Assembly (NCBI GenBank): GCA_943356775.1
Contig: CALRFU010000004.1
Span: 8,546-72,545, forward strand
DNA length: 64,000 bases
Source: Candidatus Nomurabacteria bacterium
Lineage (GTDB): Bacteria > Patescibacteriota > Minisyncoccia > Phycocordibacterales > UBA2100
Direction: 5' to 3'
The notes under the pieces are model-generated. The model worked only from the letters and a program-made list of their open reading frames with translations. It did no database searches and was not told the origin of the DNA. The stretch's first letter is position 1. Each line of letters starts with the position of its first letter. This document shows positions 48,891-57,593 of this stretch, one piece after another. A program made the translations under genes and the position numbers.

Positions 48891-49370
48891 CTATGTGATG
48901 CGCACCCGGGAGAGGTGCGTGACCGCGATAGCAATGGCATCGTACTCGTCGTCATGTGCTATTTCTTTTTCTATCTTTATAAGCACATGAAGCATCCGCG
49001 CGACGGCTTTCTTGTCCGCGCTGCCGTTTCCCGCCGCGGCGCTCTTTACTTCGCCTGGTGTGTATTCGAAAACCTTGACGCCCGCACTTTGCGCCGTGTT
49101 GATGAGCGCACCGCGTACCTCGGCGACGCGCATCGCGGTCTTTTGATTATTAGAAAAATATAATTTTTCGAGCGCCACACAATCAGGGTCGTGTTCTGTA
49201 ATGAGTAGGGCGCACTCCTGCGCCACTTGTGAGAGGCGTTCCGCGAATTCTGTCTTTGCCGAAGTTTCGATGCAAGCCGAATAAATTAAAACTTCTTTTC
49301 CGCCGTTATTTTTCTCCACGACGGCGACACCACATCGCCCGTAGCCAGGGTCAATCGCGAGCACTTTCAT
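48891..49370 (-). CDS. ruvC: Holliday junction resolvase RuvC
   Basis: The product contains MKVLAIDPGYGRCGVAVVE and DEYDAIAIAVTHL. The start is set at the internal Met. Confidence 0.85.
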   Translation of the reverse strand: MKVLAIDPGYGRCGVAVVEKNNGGKEVLIYSACIETSAKTEFAERLSQVAQECALLITEHDPDCVALEKLYFSNNQKTAMRVAEVRGALINTAQSAGVKVFEYTPGEVKSAAAGNGSADKKAVARMLHVLIKIEKEIAHDDEYDAIAIAVTHLSRVRIT

Positions 49371-49497
49371 GGGTTGAGTATAGCCCAAAGAAAAACCACC
49401 TGCGTTGCGGATGCTTTTCGCTAGTGGCATGATTCCGGTAGGCCTGTACACGGTCTCAGATGTAACCCTAAACGCGCTGCGGCGCAGGGAGGATACG

Positions 49498-50391
49498 ATG
49501 CCCAACATCGCTCGTCATCGCCAAATTCTGGCCACGCTCGAGCCGTTCGTCGCTGAACAAACACGCCTCCATGAGAGCCGGCAGAAACTTTGGTTTCCAT
49601 CGGAACTCTTGGCGGATGCCCCCCAGACATTCAGGTTGGACCCGAAAGTCGGGGCGCTTCTTGTCCTCAACACGCTCACCGAGGAGGGCTTGCCAAGCTT
49701 TCATCGATTGCTGGCGACCAATCTCGGCGAGAGTCCTGCGTTGGTCAGCTGGACTGATCTGTGGACGGCAGAAGAAGATCGACACGGCGCAGTGCTGCAT
49801 GACTATCTTCTTCGTGTGAGCAACGTCAACATGGTCGAAGTGGAGCGTATGCAATACAGCTACCTCCGCCAGGGATTCCGTCCGCACTGGCAGTCGGACC
49901 CGTACCTGCTCTTCGCCTACACCGCCCTTCAGGAGTGGGCGACGCAGATCGCCCACCAAAACATCTCGAGCGAGCTCCTCCGCGGTGGAGAGCCTGTCCT
50001 CGAGGGAATCGTCAGCAAGATCGCGAAGGAGGAGGCGAAGCATCTTGCCTTCTACCGCTCCATCTTGGCCAAGCTTTTGGAACATGACCCTGATGATGTT
50101 CTCGCGGCACTAGCCGAAGTCATGATGAGGTTCCACATGCCGGGGAGTAACATTCCAGGCTTCCTTGAGCTCACGACGTTGTCCAATGATACGAAGATGT
50201 TCACTCCGTATGATTACGCGAAGATCGTGAGAGGTACAGGTATATTTCTCGGGCTCATCGAGATTCAGGGGCTCGGCGATGAAGGGAAACGGGCACGGGA
50301 CGCCATTCTCGCACTCCCGGATCGCCTCGAGAAGATTGCGGCGCGGAAGGTGCGATTCGAGATGCCTCGGTTCCCGTTCCTGATCACATAA
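49498..50391 (+). CDS. Acyl-ACP desaturase family (soluble di-iron, ferritin-like; FA_desaturase_2)
   Basis: The two di-iron motifs are TAEEDRHG and AKEEAKH, with the characteristic spacing. Confidence 0.65.
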   Translation: MPNIARHRQILATLEPFVAEQTRLHESRQKLWFPSELLADAPQTFRLDPKVGALLVLNTLTEEGLPSFHRLLATNLGESPALVSWTDLWTAEEDRHGAVLHDYLLRVSNVNMVEVERMQYSYLRQGFRPHWQSDPYLLFAYTALQEWATQIAHQNISSELLRGGEPVLEGIVSKIAKEEAKHLAFYRSILAKLLEHDPDDVLAALAEVMMRFHMPGSNIPGFLELTTLSNDTKMFTPYDYAKIVRGTGIFLGLIEIQGLGDEGKRARDAILALPDRLEKIAARKVRFEMPRFPFLIT

Positions 50392-50464
50392 GGCGACCAC
50401 TTCGGGCGCGGCGGGAGATTCTCCGTCGCGCCCGCCTTCTTTTAAAAGGTGCTACGATATTGAA

Positions 50465-50959
50465 ATGAAATCCAAGGCAGTACGCAGCGCACTTTTCCTG
50501 CGCAACGTGGTCTTCGGCGTGGAAGATGGGCTGGTATCGACTGTCGGACTTCTCTCGGGAATCGCGATTGCGGGCGTCCCGCGCGAAACAATATTTCTGA
50601 CAGGCGTCATTCTCATTTTTGTCGAAGCTTTTTCAATGGCGGTGGGAAGCTTCCTCTCGGAAGCGTCGGTGGAGGAAATGGATGGGGGAGAAGATGATAC
50701 GCGGGGTTCGGTCATGGCCGGGGTCATCATGTTTGCCTCGTATTTCGTCGCAGGCATCATTCCTCTTTCCCCGTACCTCGTTTTCAATGTCGAGCAGGCG
50801 TTCGCGGTTTCCGTCGCAGGTTCCGTGTTCGCACTTTTCATTCTCGGTTACTGGAGTGGAAGGAAAACGAAAACAGCGAGGCAAAAAGCCGTGCGCATGG
50901 CACTCGTCGGCGGCCTCGCGATTCTCGTCGGCGTCTTCGCGGGAAGTCTGCTCACCTGA
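50465..50959 (+). CDS. VIT1/CCC1-family iron/manganese transporter, short membrane form
   Basis: The product contains VFGVEDGLVSTVGLLSGIA and has four to five TM helices. Confidence 0.7.
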   Translation: MKSKAVRSALFLRNVVFGVEDGLVSTVGLLSGIAIAGVPRETIFLTGVILIFVEAFSMAVGSFLSEASVEEMDGGEDDTRGSVMAGVIMFASYFVAGIIPLSPYLVFNVEQAFAVSVAGSVFALFILGYWSGRKTKTARQKAVRMALVGGLAILVGVFAGSLLT

Positions 50960-51336
50960 TGTTGCTATAAAAAAAGACAACCCTCCTGCGTGTGCGGTGT
51001 GGGTTGTCAGTCTTTTGTGCCCGGCGTTGACGTGCCGCACGGCGAGCTCCGGATCCGGACGGGTCTGCGTCCAGGCCCGCACCCGGAAGAGATTCCTCAG
51101 GTCGCGGGCATTCTTGCAGATGAGACCCATCGCAAGCTTGCCGCTCTGTGCGGAATCCGCGTGCGGCAATCGCGGGGAAGCGGCGGGCGCGGGTGTCGCG
51201 AACGCTACTAAGCCCATGATGGCTACGACGCAGGGCTGAATAATTTTCATCACGCCTCACTTTCCGGTCAGGTGCTTAATTGCAAGACCGGCAGCCGCCA
51301 CCATAGCATGGGCGGTTTTTGTACGAAAATACAAGC

Positions 51337-51870
51337 CTATTCCGCGTTCGTGTAGACTTCCTGCACGTCGTCGTACGCGTCTATCTTCTCCAGAATTTGC
51401 ATGAGTTTCTCATCGTCTTCCGCTGAAAGCGGAACGGTGGTTTTCGGCGTGTATCCCTCAGCAGTTTTTTCAAACGCCCACAAAGCGCTTCCTTGGGAGG
51501 CGAGCACGAGACCGTTTTCAGAAAGGAGGTGTTTTATTTCTTGCGCCGTTCTGTTCCTGCTATCGGTGAGCGCCTCTATCACGATTGCGCATCCCCCCGG
51601 TCCGTACGTTTCATAGGTTATCGCTTCAAGCGCGGCCGCATCCTTCGCAGTCCCTTTTGCTATCGCACGCTCGATACTATCCTTCGGCATATTTTCTTTC
51701 TTCGCTGTTTCGATGATTGCGCGAAGCCCTGGCAAGGTTACATCACCCTTCGCCTGCTTACTCTCCACTGCAATACGCTTGGCGAGCTTGCCCCACACTT
51801 TGCTTTTGTTGGAATCAGCAGCACCTTTTTGACGTTTTATTTGTGACCATTTGTTGTGACCTCCCATCGC
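51337..51870 (-). CDS. yebC: YebC/PmpR-family probable transcriptional regulator, shortened form
   Basis: The product reads GHNKWSQIKRQKGAADSNKSKVWGKLAKRI...ETYGPGGCAIVIEALTDSRNRT. The start is set at the internal Met. Confidence 0.75.
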   Translation of the reverse strand, partial: AMGGHNKWSQIKRQKGAADSNKSKVWGKLAKRIAVESKQAKGDVTLPGLRAIIETAKKENMPKDSIERAIAKGTAKDAAALEAITYETYGPGGCAIVIEALTDSRNRTAQEIKHLLSENGLVLASQGSALWAFEKTAEGYTPKTTVPLSAEDDEKLMQILEKIDAYDDVQEVYTNAE

Positions 51871-51887
51871 GGTAGTATAGTAAAACA

Positions 51888-52922
51888 ATGGCAGAAAATA
51901 CAGGAGAGAGGATTTTGAGCTCTGCAGACGTATCTCGAAGGAGATTTCTGTCCGCAGCTGCTGTATTTGCGGCGAGTTTGCCAACCGCAGCCGTTGCACA
52001 GGGACAAAGCCAGGAGTATGTCAGCTCGTCTGAACTGGTCGCGGTGTTTCCGCCGGTCAAGGCAAACGGAGTTGATGCCAACTTTCAGTTTGTCGGGGCA
52101 GCGCATGCCCCGCGGACTTTTCTTAATCCAAAACTACGCCAATCGCTTGAGGAGCAAATCAAAAGTGCAACATTTGTGACACTCGAGATATTTACGCCGT
52201 CCATACAGGCAATGGTTTGGGAGTTAATACGGATTGGCGACGCAGAAATACCCACGAGCCTGTTGAAACAGGAAGGATTCTTCTTCGCTGGTTGCGCATA
52301 TCTTGCTTGGAAACATAAGAAAGACATCGTGGTCACCAATCCGCAGGGCGCCGGAGATGGCATTGGAGAGACGCTCATTGAAATTGAACACCTTTTGGCG
52401 GATCGCAGAATCTCTCTCGTTCAGACCGCGGCGATCGCGGGCGTTGCTCCCCTGTTAGGCGCCGCGGGTGTTGGTTCGACCCGGCGCTGGGTGCTAAAAG
52501 CGCCGATCGCCGCAGCCGCGGCAGTTGCAACGACTGTGTTTGGTGGCGCAACATTGGACAAGATTGAAACAGACCAGATATACACAAAACTTGTTAAGCT
52601 TCTAGAAAAATACAAAAGCAACAATCCTCATTTTACCGAAGAGGATGTGAAAGATTTTGGGCACGCGCTTCCGCATATTATTAGGTGGAGAGACAGGCAA
52701 ACAAGTCGTGGGCTTTTGAAGGCCATGAAGATATATGACACAAAGGGAACCGTTGCAGGAATCTTCGGCACGTACCACGCAGGCATGAGGAGCGACGTGA
52801 GAGATGGCCACTGGGTTGATACTGACACATATCCGTATCATCGTCTTCTGGGTACCTCCACCATCCGGAAGTTCACATGGTCGCAAGCGGGATATAAGGC
52901 AGAGGAGCCAGTACCGTTCTGA
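51888..52922 (+). CDS. Hypothetical exported protein with a twin-arginine-type signal (SRRRFLSAAAVFAASL)
   Basis: The signal is an RR motif followed by a hydrophobic h-region. No catalytic motifs were recognised. Confidence 0.45.
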   Translation: MAENTGERILSSADVSRRRFLSAAAVFAASLPTAAVAQGQSQEYVSSSELVAVFPPVKANGVDANFQFVGAAHAPRTFLNPKLRQSLEEQIKSATFVTLEIFTPSIQAMVWELIRIGDAEIPTSLLKQEGFFFAGCAYLAWKHKKDIVVTNPQGAGDGIGETLIEIEHLLADRRISLVQTAAIAGVAPLLGAAGVGSTRRWVLKAPIAAAAAVATTVFGGATLDKIETDQIYTKLVKLLEKYKSNNPHFTEEDVKDFGHALPHIIRWRDRQTSRGLLKAMKIYDTKGTVAGIFGTYHAGMRSDVRDGHWVDTDTYPYHRLLGTSTIRKFTWSQAGYKAEEPVPF

Positions 52923-53346
52923 ACGCGTCGTGCCAGTTATTCACACCTCTATCCACTCGAAATCCACCGTTTTTGAGGTTTGTCGCGTTGCCCACGGTTT
53001 TTTCTATACGGTATTATTTTCTTTATCGATGCGCTTTACCGTGCGTCGGTCGCTTCCGAAAGAGATTATAGAAATGTAGTCACACCCGAAAGCAATTCCC
53101 AGGATATATCGGGGCGAAAGCCTTTGAAACAGTGCGGGAACAGGTGGCTAGAGCAATGAGGTGATGTGTTGGGTGAGATGAGATTACATCAAGTCGAATC
53201 AGGCAGGTCATTCATCCGAAATAGTCGTAAAACAAAAGGCTCCCGAAAGGGAGCTTTGTGCTTACCGTGCGTATGCAACATAGTGTACAGTACAAAAAAA
53301 GTTTTTTTGCATTATCCCCACCCCCGTCGAAGTCTACAGAATCCCA

Positions 53347-54048
53347 ATGCATACTTCATGTATGAGTGAGGGCGTTGGGCCGGATAAGAAAATCTCGAGA
53401 CGGGATATTTTACTTGGAACGGCGGCGGTCGGAGCGGCCTCCGCGCTCGCAGCCTGTGGTCCTAGCGAACAAAACCCGGCAGAAAAGAAACCAGAAGTGG
53501 CTCCCAATAGAGAAATCATAAAGGAAAAGTTGAGCGACAGACAAGAACGACGTGTGCAGAATATCATCGACGACGCGATTGATAAGTATGACACCATGGG
53601 GAAGGTTTTGTTCGAGGTGCAAAATGGCGCGCTCCCAAAAAATTATCGGCAATTTGTCATACTCAAAACCTATGGCACCCGATACACGGAACAAGGAATG
53701 GATTTCGGTGAAACTATCATAGCGAGACGTGACGAGCTTCTTAAAAGTGATTCATTCAAGCGAGATTTCCTGCGAGCACTTTTGGCGCGAGGTTATTTTA
53801 AACCACTTACGCGGCGTCAGGAAGACAATTTGTACAAGCATGATGAGGCTTATTCGAATTTTCGTTATCAAATGTGGATGGAAATGTCTGGTGCGCGGAT
53901 TGGAGATGCGCCGGGGGGACTTAAACCCGAGCAATTGAATTCGCAAGAGTTCGAAGCAAGTGCCTCTCGTCTGGGACTTTCCGCAAGATATTACAACTCA
54001 TCTCGCAACGGAGTTTCTTTTAAATGGTATTACAGTTGGCGCAGCTAG
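53347..54048 (+). CDS. Hypothetical lipoprotein with a twin-arginine-type signal and a lipobox (SRRDILLGTAAVGAASALAAC)
   Basis: The RR motif is followed by an h-region and the lipobox LAAC. The 3' end overlaps the ruvB stop by 4 nt on the opposite strand. Confidence 0.45.
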   Translation: MHTSCMSEGVGPDKKISRRDILLGTAAVGAASALAACGPSEQNPAEKKPEVAPNREIIKEKLSDRQERRVQNIIDDAIDKYDTMGKVLFEVQNGALPKNYRQFVILKTYGTRYTEQGMDFGETIIARRDELLKSDSFKRDFLRALLARGYFKPLTRRQEDNLYKHDEAYSNFRYQMWMEMSGARIGDAPGGLKPEQLNSQEFEASASRLGLSARYYNSSRNGVSFKWYYSWRS

Positions 54049-55058
54049 AGTAATGCGGATTGCGCGGTTGGCACATCCGCGCCCATGTGCTCGTAGCCTT
54101 TCTTTGTGACCGTTCTTCCGCGCGGGGTTCTTTCAATAAGACCGGTTTGCATGAGGTACGGTTCGTTTACTTCTTCTATCGTCGCCTCTTCTTCTGAGAG
54201 CGCCGCGGCGATGGTCTTCAGACCGACGGGACCGCCATTAAATTTCTCGATGAGAAGTGTCAAGATGTCGCGGTCGGTTTGGTTGAGCCCGCCCTCGTCT
54301 ATTTCCAGAAGTGCGAGCGCTTTTTTCACCGTCTTCAAATTCAAAGGTTCTTCGTTCACCGATGCAAAATCGCGCGCGCGCTTCAGTAAGTAGTTGGCGG
54401 TGCGCGGGGTGGAGCGGCTACGCTTCGAGACTTCTTTGAGCGAATCAAGATCGATATCGATAGTTAAAATCTTTGCTGACCGACGCAAGATTTCCGCAAT
54501 CTCATCATCGGTATAGTACTGCAGTCGGAATGTGCCACCAGAAAATCGTGAGCGAAGTGGTGCCGAGAGCATCGAGATGCGCGTGGTGGCGGCGATAAGC
54601 GTAAATGGCGGAAGTTCGAGCTGCACGGTGCGCGCCGAGGGACCTTTACCGATGACGATGTCCAAAACACCTGCTTCCATGGCGGGGTACATGACTTCCT
54701 CGATGGTGCGGTTGAGTCGATGAATTTCGTCGATGAAAAGCACGTCGCCGGGCGAGAGATTGGTGAGGATTGCGGCGAGGTCGCCGACGCGCTCAATTGC
54801 GGGCCCGGAAGTTGATCGGAGGTTGGCTCCGATTTCCTTCGCCATGAGGTGCGCGAGGGTGGTCTTGCCCAATCCCGGCGGACCATAGAGGAGCACGTGC
54901 TCGGGCTGATGGTTGCGGCCTTTGGCGGCCTGCAAAAGGATACGGAGATTCTCTTTGATAGCCTCCTGCCCCACGTATTCCGCCCATGAATCAGGACGAA
55001 GCGCTTGATCGAGGGAGCGCGGACTTTTTTCTATGATTTGTTGGTCTTTGTTTGTCAT
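54045..55058 (-). CDS. ruvB: Holliday junction branch-migration helicase RuvB
   Basis: The product contains the Walker A motif GPPGLGKTTLA, the Walker B motif VLFIDEIHRL, and the RuvB C-terminal winged helix. Confidence 0.9.
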   Translation of the reverse strand: MTNKDQQIIEKSPRSLDQALRPDSWAEYVGQEAIKENLRILLQAAKGRNHQPEHVLLYGPPGLGKTTLAHLMAKEIGANLRSTSGPAIERVGDLAAILTNLSPGDVLFIDEIHRLNRTIEEVMYPAMEAGVLDIVIGKGPSARTVQLELPPFTLIAATTRISMLSAPLRSRFSGGTFRLQYYTDDEIAEILRRSAKILTIDIDLDSLKEVSKRSRSTPRTANYLLKRARDFASVNEEPLNLKTVKKALALLEIDEGGLNQTDRDILTLLIEKFNGGPVGLKTIAAALSEEEATIEEVNEPYLMQTGLIERTPRGRTVTKKGYEHMGADVPTAQSALL

Positions 55059-55133
55059 AAGTTGGCTTATTTGGGTCCTTTTGGACCGAAAGAAGGCGCC
55101 TCGGCCCGTTAGAGGCGGAGCTCTCTAACGAAC

Positions 55134-55395
55134 TTGACTTTTGGTTTATATATGCTACACTGTTGATTAGTATTCATATTTTCCTGACGGGGTTTCAATT
55201 CTCTCAACGATGGTGACTTTATCGAGGACGTAGCAGTCCTACCGCGTGCGGTAGGTAACTTCCGCCATCCTTAGATCCGCGTTGCACCTTTCTCCCGAAA
55301 GTGTCGCTGAGAGAATCGAGCCCCTCGTCAACTACTTGAACGATAGCACCCCCTTGCCACCGCGCAATCTGCCTGCGCAGGCGGGCGGGGTTTTG
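55134..55395 (+). ncRNA. Candidate small structured RNA of unknown class, with sigma70-like promoter and intrinsic terminator
   Basis: The promoter has -35 TTGACT (55134-55139), a 16-nt spacer and -10 TACACT (55156-55161). The terminator is gcctgcgcaggcgggcggggtttt at about 55371-55395. No long ORF lies between them. Confidence 0.3.
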
Positions 55396-55411
55396 TGGTG
55401 TAAAAAGTTTG

Positions 55412-57109
55412 TTAGTTACCAATCGACTCGAGCATGACCTCGTCGTGGAGGTCTACGACACGCGAGAGTTCATCGAGCGAGGTTACGCCCTGCAATACTT
55501 TCACGACGCCGTCTTGCGACATGCGACGAATCTTTTGGTGTGAGGCGGCTTTCCAGATGTCGCGCTCCGAAGATGTGTGACGCACGCACTCTTCTATTTC
55601 GTGGTCCATGAGGATGACTTCCACAACCGCGATGCGGCCTTTGTATCCGAGCCCTCCGCATTTCTCGCAGCCCTTGGGGAGCCACATAGTGTCGCGATTC
55701 GCAGGGAGTTCGTCTCCGTGGGGGATGTTGCGCAAGAGTGGTTCCATCGTCTTCTTATCTTCAGGCCCGATTGGTGTCGGCACGCGGCAATGCGGACAGA
55801 GGCGGCGCACAAGGCGTTGTGCCATCGCGACCGTCAGCGCTGCACCCAGAATATCCGCGTTCACACCCATGTCGATGAGGCGGGGGAACGTACCTGCGGC
55901 GTCGTTGGTGTGCAGTGTGGAGAACACCAAGTGTCCGGTGAGGGACGCGTTCACTGCTGTCGAGGCGACTTCAGCATCGCGGATTTCTCCGACCATGATT
56001 ATGTCCGGGTCTTGGCGGAGTGTCGAGCGCAGGCCGAGTGCGAATGAATAGTCTTTTGAGACCTGCGTTTGCACGAGTCCGGGCAAGTGATATTCAATCG
56101 GGTCTTCAATCGTGACGACCTTAATTCCGGGATTCGCCACCTGACGCAAGAATGCGTAGAGCGTCGTCGTCTTTCCGGAGCCTGTCGGACCGGTGTTGAG
56201 TATCATGCCGTTCGGTTTTGCAATTTCACGGGCGAAAATATCCATCAGGTATTTGTCGAAGCCGAGCGCTTCCATCGGGAGTGCAATCGTCGACGGGTCC
56301 AAAATACGCATAACGATCGTCTCTGCATACGCGCCCGGCAAGACCGAGGCGCGGATTTCAATTTCTTTCTTGTTGACCTGAATAGAGAAGCGACCGTCTT
56401 GCGCGGCGTTTTTTATGTTGAGCTTGAGACCCGAGAGCAGTTTGAGGCGGCTCGAGATGAGCGCGTACGTTGCTGCGTCGAATGTCGTCACCTCAATGAG
56501 CACTCCGTCGAGTCGGTAGCGCATGCGGACAGACTCTTCTTCAGGTTCAAGGTGGACGTCGGAAGCGCCGAGCGATAAGGCGCCCGCCATGATGATTTCG
56601 AGGACGCGTGAGATTCTGTGTGTGTCTTTGGAACCCGCGTGTGATTGAATTTCAATCTTCACATCCTCGAGCTTCTTCAGCTTCTCGAGCATTTGTTGGA
56701 TGGTTTCGTTGGAGAGCGTGAGAATTCCCGCCTCGGTCTCTGTAGCAAACGATATATCGTGATAGCGGTCCCATGCGTGGTCGAGCGACGCTTTGGAAAC
56801 GATGAAGCGACGCACGGTGTACCCAAGCTTCTCTATGTTTTGGATGACCTGAATCCCATCGGGTCGCTCGGGGGCACGCATGGCGAGGAAGAGATTCTTG
56901 TTGACCTTGTGGAACGCCGCCACCTCCGCGGCCCGCGCGACCTTCTCTTCGACGATACGCAGAGCGTCGGTATCGATGGATTTTGAGGTGAGGTCTACGT
57001 ACTCAATACCGTATTTAGTCGAAAGCATTTCGGCGAGCTGCTCCTCTTCTTGCGCGCGAAGTTCAAGGAGTCGTTCCTCCTGTTTTTTCTCGTTGAACTG
57101 TGTAGCCAT
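55412..57109 (-). CDS. pilB: Type IV pilus / type II secretion ATPase of the PilB/GspE family
   Basis: The Walker A motif is GPTGSGKTT. The Asp and His boxes are present, and the C-terminal tetracysteine region reads CPHCR...CEKCGG. Confidence 0.85.
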   Translation of the reverse strand: MATQFNEKKQEERLLELRAQEEEQLAEMLSTKYGIEYVDLTSKSIDTDALRIVEEKVARAAEVAAFHKVNKNLFLAMRAPERPDGIQVIQNIEKLGYTVRRFIVSKASLDHAWDRYHDISFATETEAGILTLSNETIQQMLEKLKKLEDVKIEIQSHAGSKDTHRISRVLEIIMAGALSLGASDVHLEPEEESVRMRYRLDGVLIEVTTFDAATYALISSRLKLLSGLKLNIKNAAQDGRFSIQVNKKEIEIRASVLPGAYAETIVMRILDPSTIALPMEALGFDKYLMDIFAREIAKPNGMILNTGPTGSGKTTTLYAFLRQVANPGIKVVTIEDPIEYHLPGLVQTQVSKDYSFALGLRSTLRQDPDIIMVGEIRDAEVASTAVNASLTGHLVFSTLHTNDAAGTFPRLIDMGVNADILGAALTVAMAQRLVRRLCPHCRVPTPIGPEDKKTMEPLLRNIPHGDELPANRDTMWLPKGCEKCGGLGYKGRIAVVEVILMDHEIEECVRHTSSERDIWKAASHQKIRRMSQDGVVKVLQGVTSLDELSRVVDLHDEVMLESIGN

Positions 57110-57131
57110 AGCAATATTGTACTATGGCGAT

Positions 57132-57593
57132 ATGGAACTACCGACCCGTTCCCTCGCAGAGCTCAACGAGGCCGCAAACCGCTTAATCGCGGAGCTATCG
57201 CCGCACCCGAAGACTGCCACCCTCATCACTCTCTCAGGAGAGCTGGGCGCGGGGAAGACCACTTTTGTACAAGCAATGGCGAGGACTCTCGGAGTCGAAG
57301 AAACGGTCACAAGCCCGACATTTGTTCTTGAAAAAATATACAAATTGGAAGGGCGCCAGTTTTCACACCTCGTTCATATTGACGCGTATAGATTGAAAGG
57401 AGCCCACGAACTCGAAGCACTCGGATGGAAGGAGCTCCTCGCCGATTCAGGGAATCTCATTGTGCTCGAATGGCCGGAGCGGGTAGCAGAGGTAATTCCC
57501 CACGACGCCACCCGCATCACATTCGACATTGTGGACGACGGGCGTATCATCACTGTTGATGGTCAAGAAAAAAACGGAAAAAACATCGTCTAA
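57132..57593 (+). CDS. tsaE: tRNA threonylcarbamoyladenosine biosynthesis protein TsaE (YjeE ATPase)
   Basis: The product contains the Walker A motif LSGELGAGKTTFVQ followed by SPTF. Confidence 0.8.
   Translation: MELPTRSLAELNEAANRLIAELSPHPKTATLITLSGELGAGKTTFVQAMARTLGVEETVTSPTFVLEKIYKLEGRQFSHLVHIDAYRLKGAHELEALGWKELLADSGNLIVLEWPERVAEVIPHDATRITFDIVDDGRIITVDGQEKNGKNIV

Noticed and set aside
50633-51253. 206-aa minus-strand ORF with a signal-peptide-like N-terminus (MKIIQPCVVAIMGLVAFATPAPAA)
   Set aside because: Only the first about 95 codons lie outside the VIT gene. The remainder is antisense to the VIT gene. A short secreted peptide gene at 50975-51253 cannot be excluded, but evidence is insufficient to report it.
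55219-55422. 67-aa minus-strand ORF in the ruvB-pilB spacer
   Set aside because: It overlaps the candidate plus-strand promoter-terminator unit and has no start context or motif. It is more likely non-coding.
55577-56578. Plus-strand ORFs (156, 147 and 169 aa) within the pilB region
   Set aside because: They are antisense to a well-supported PilB/GspE gene.
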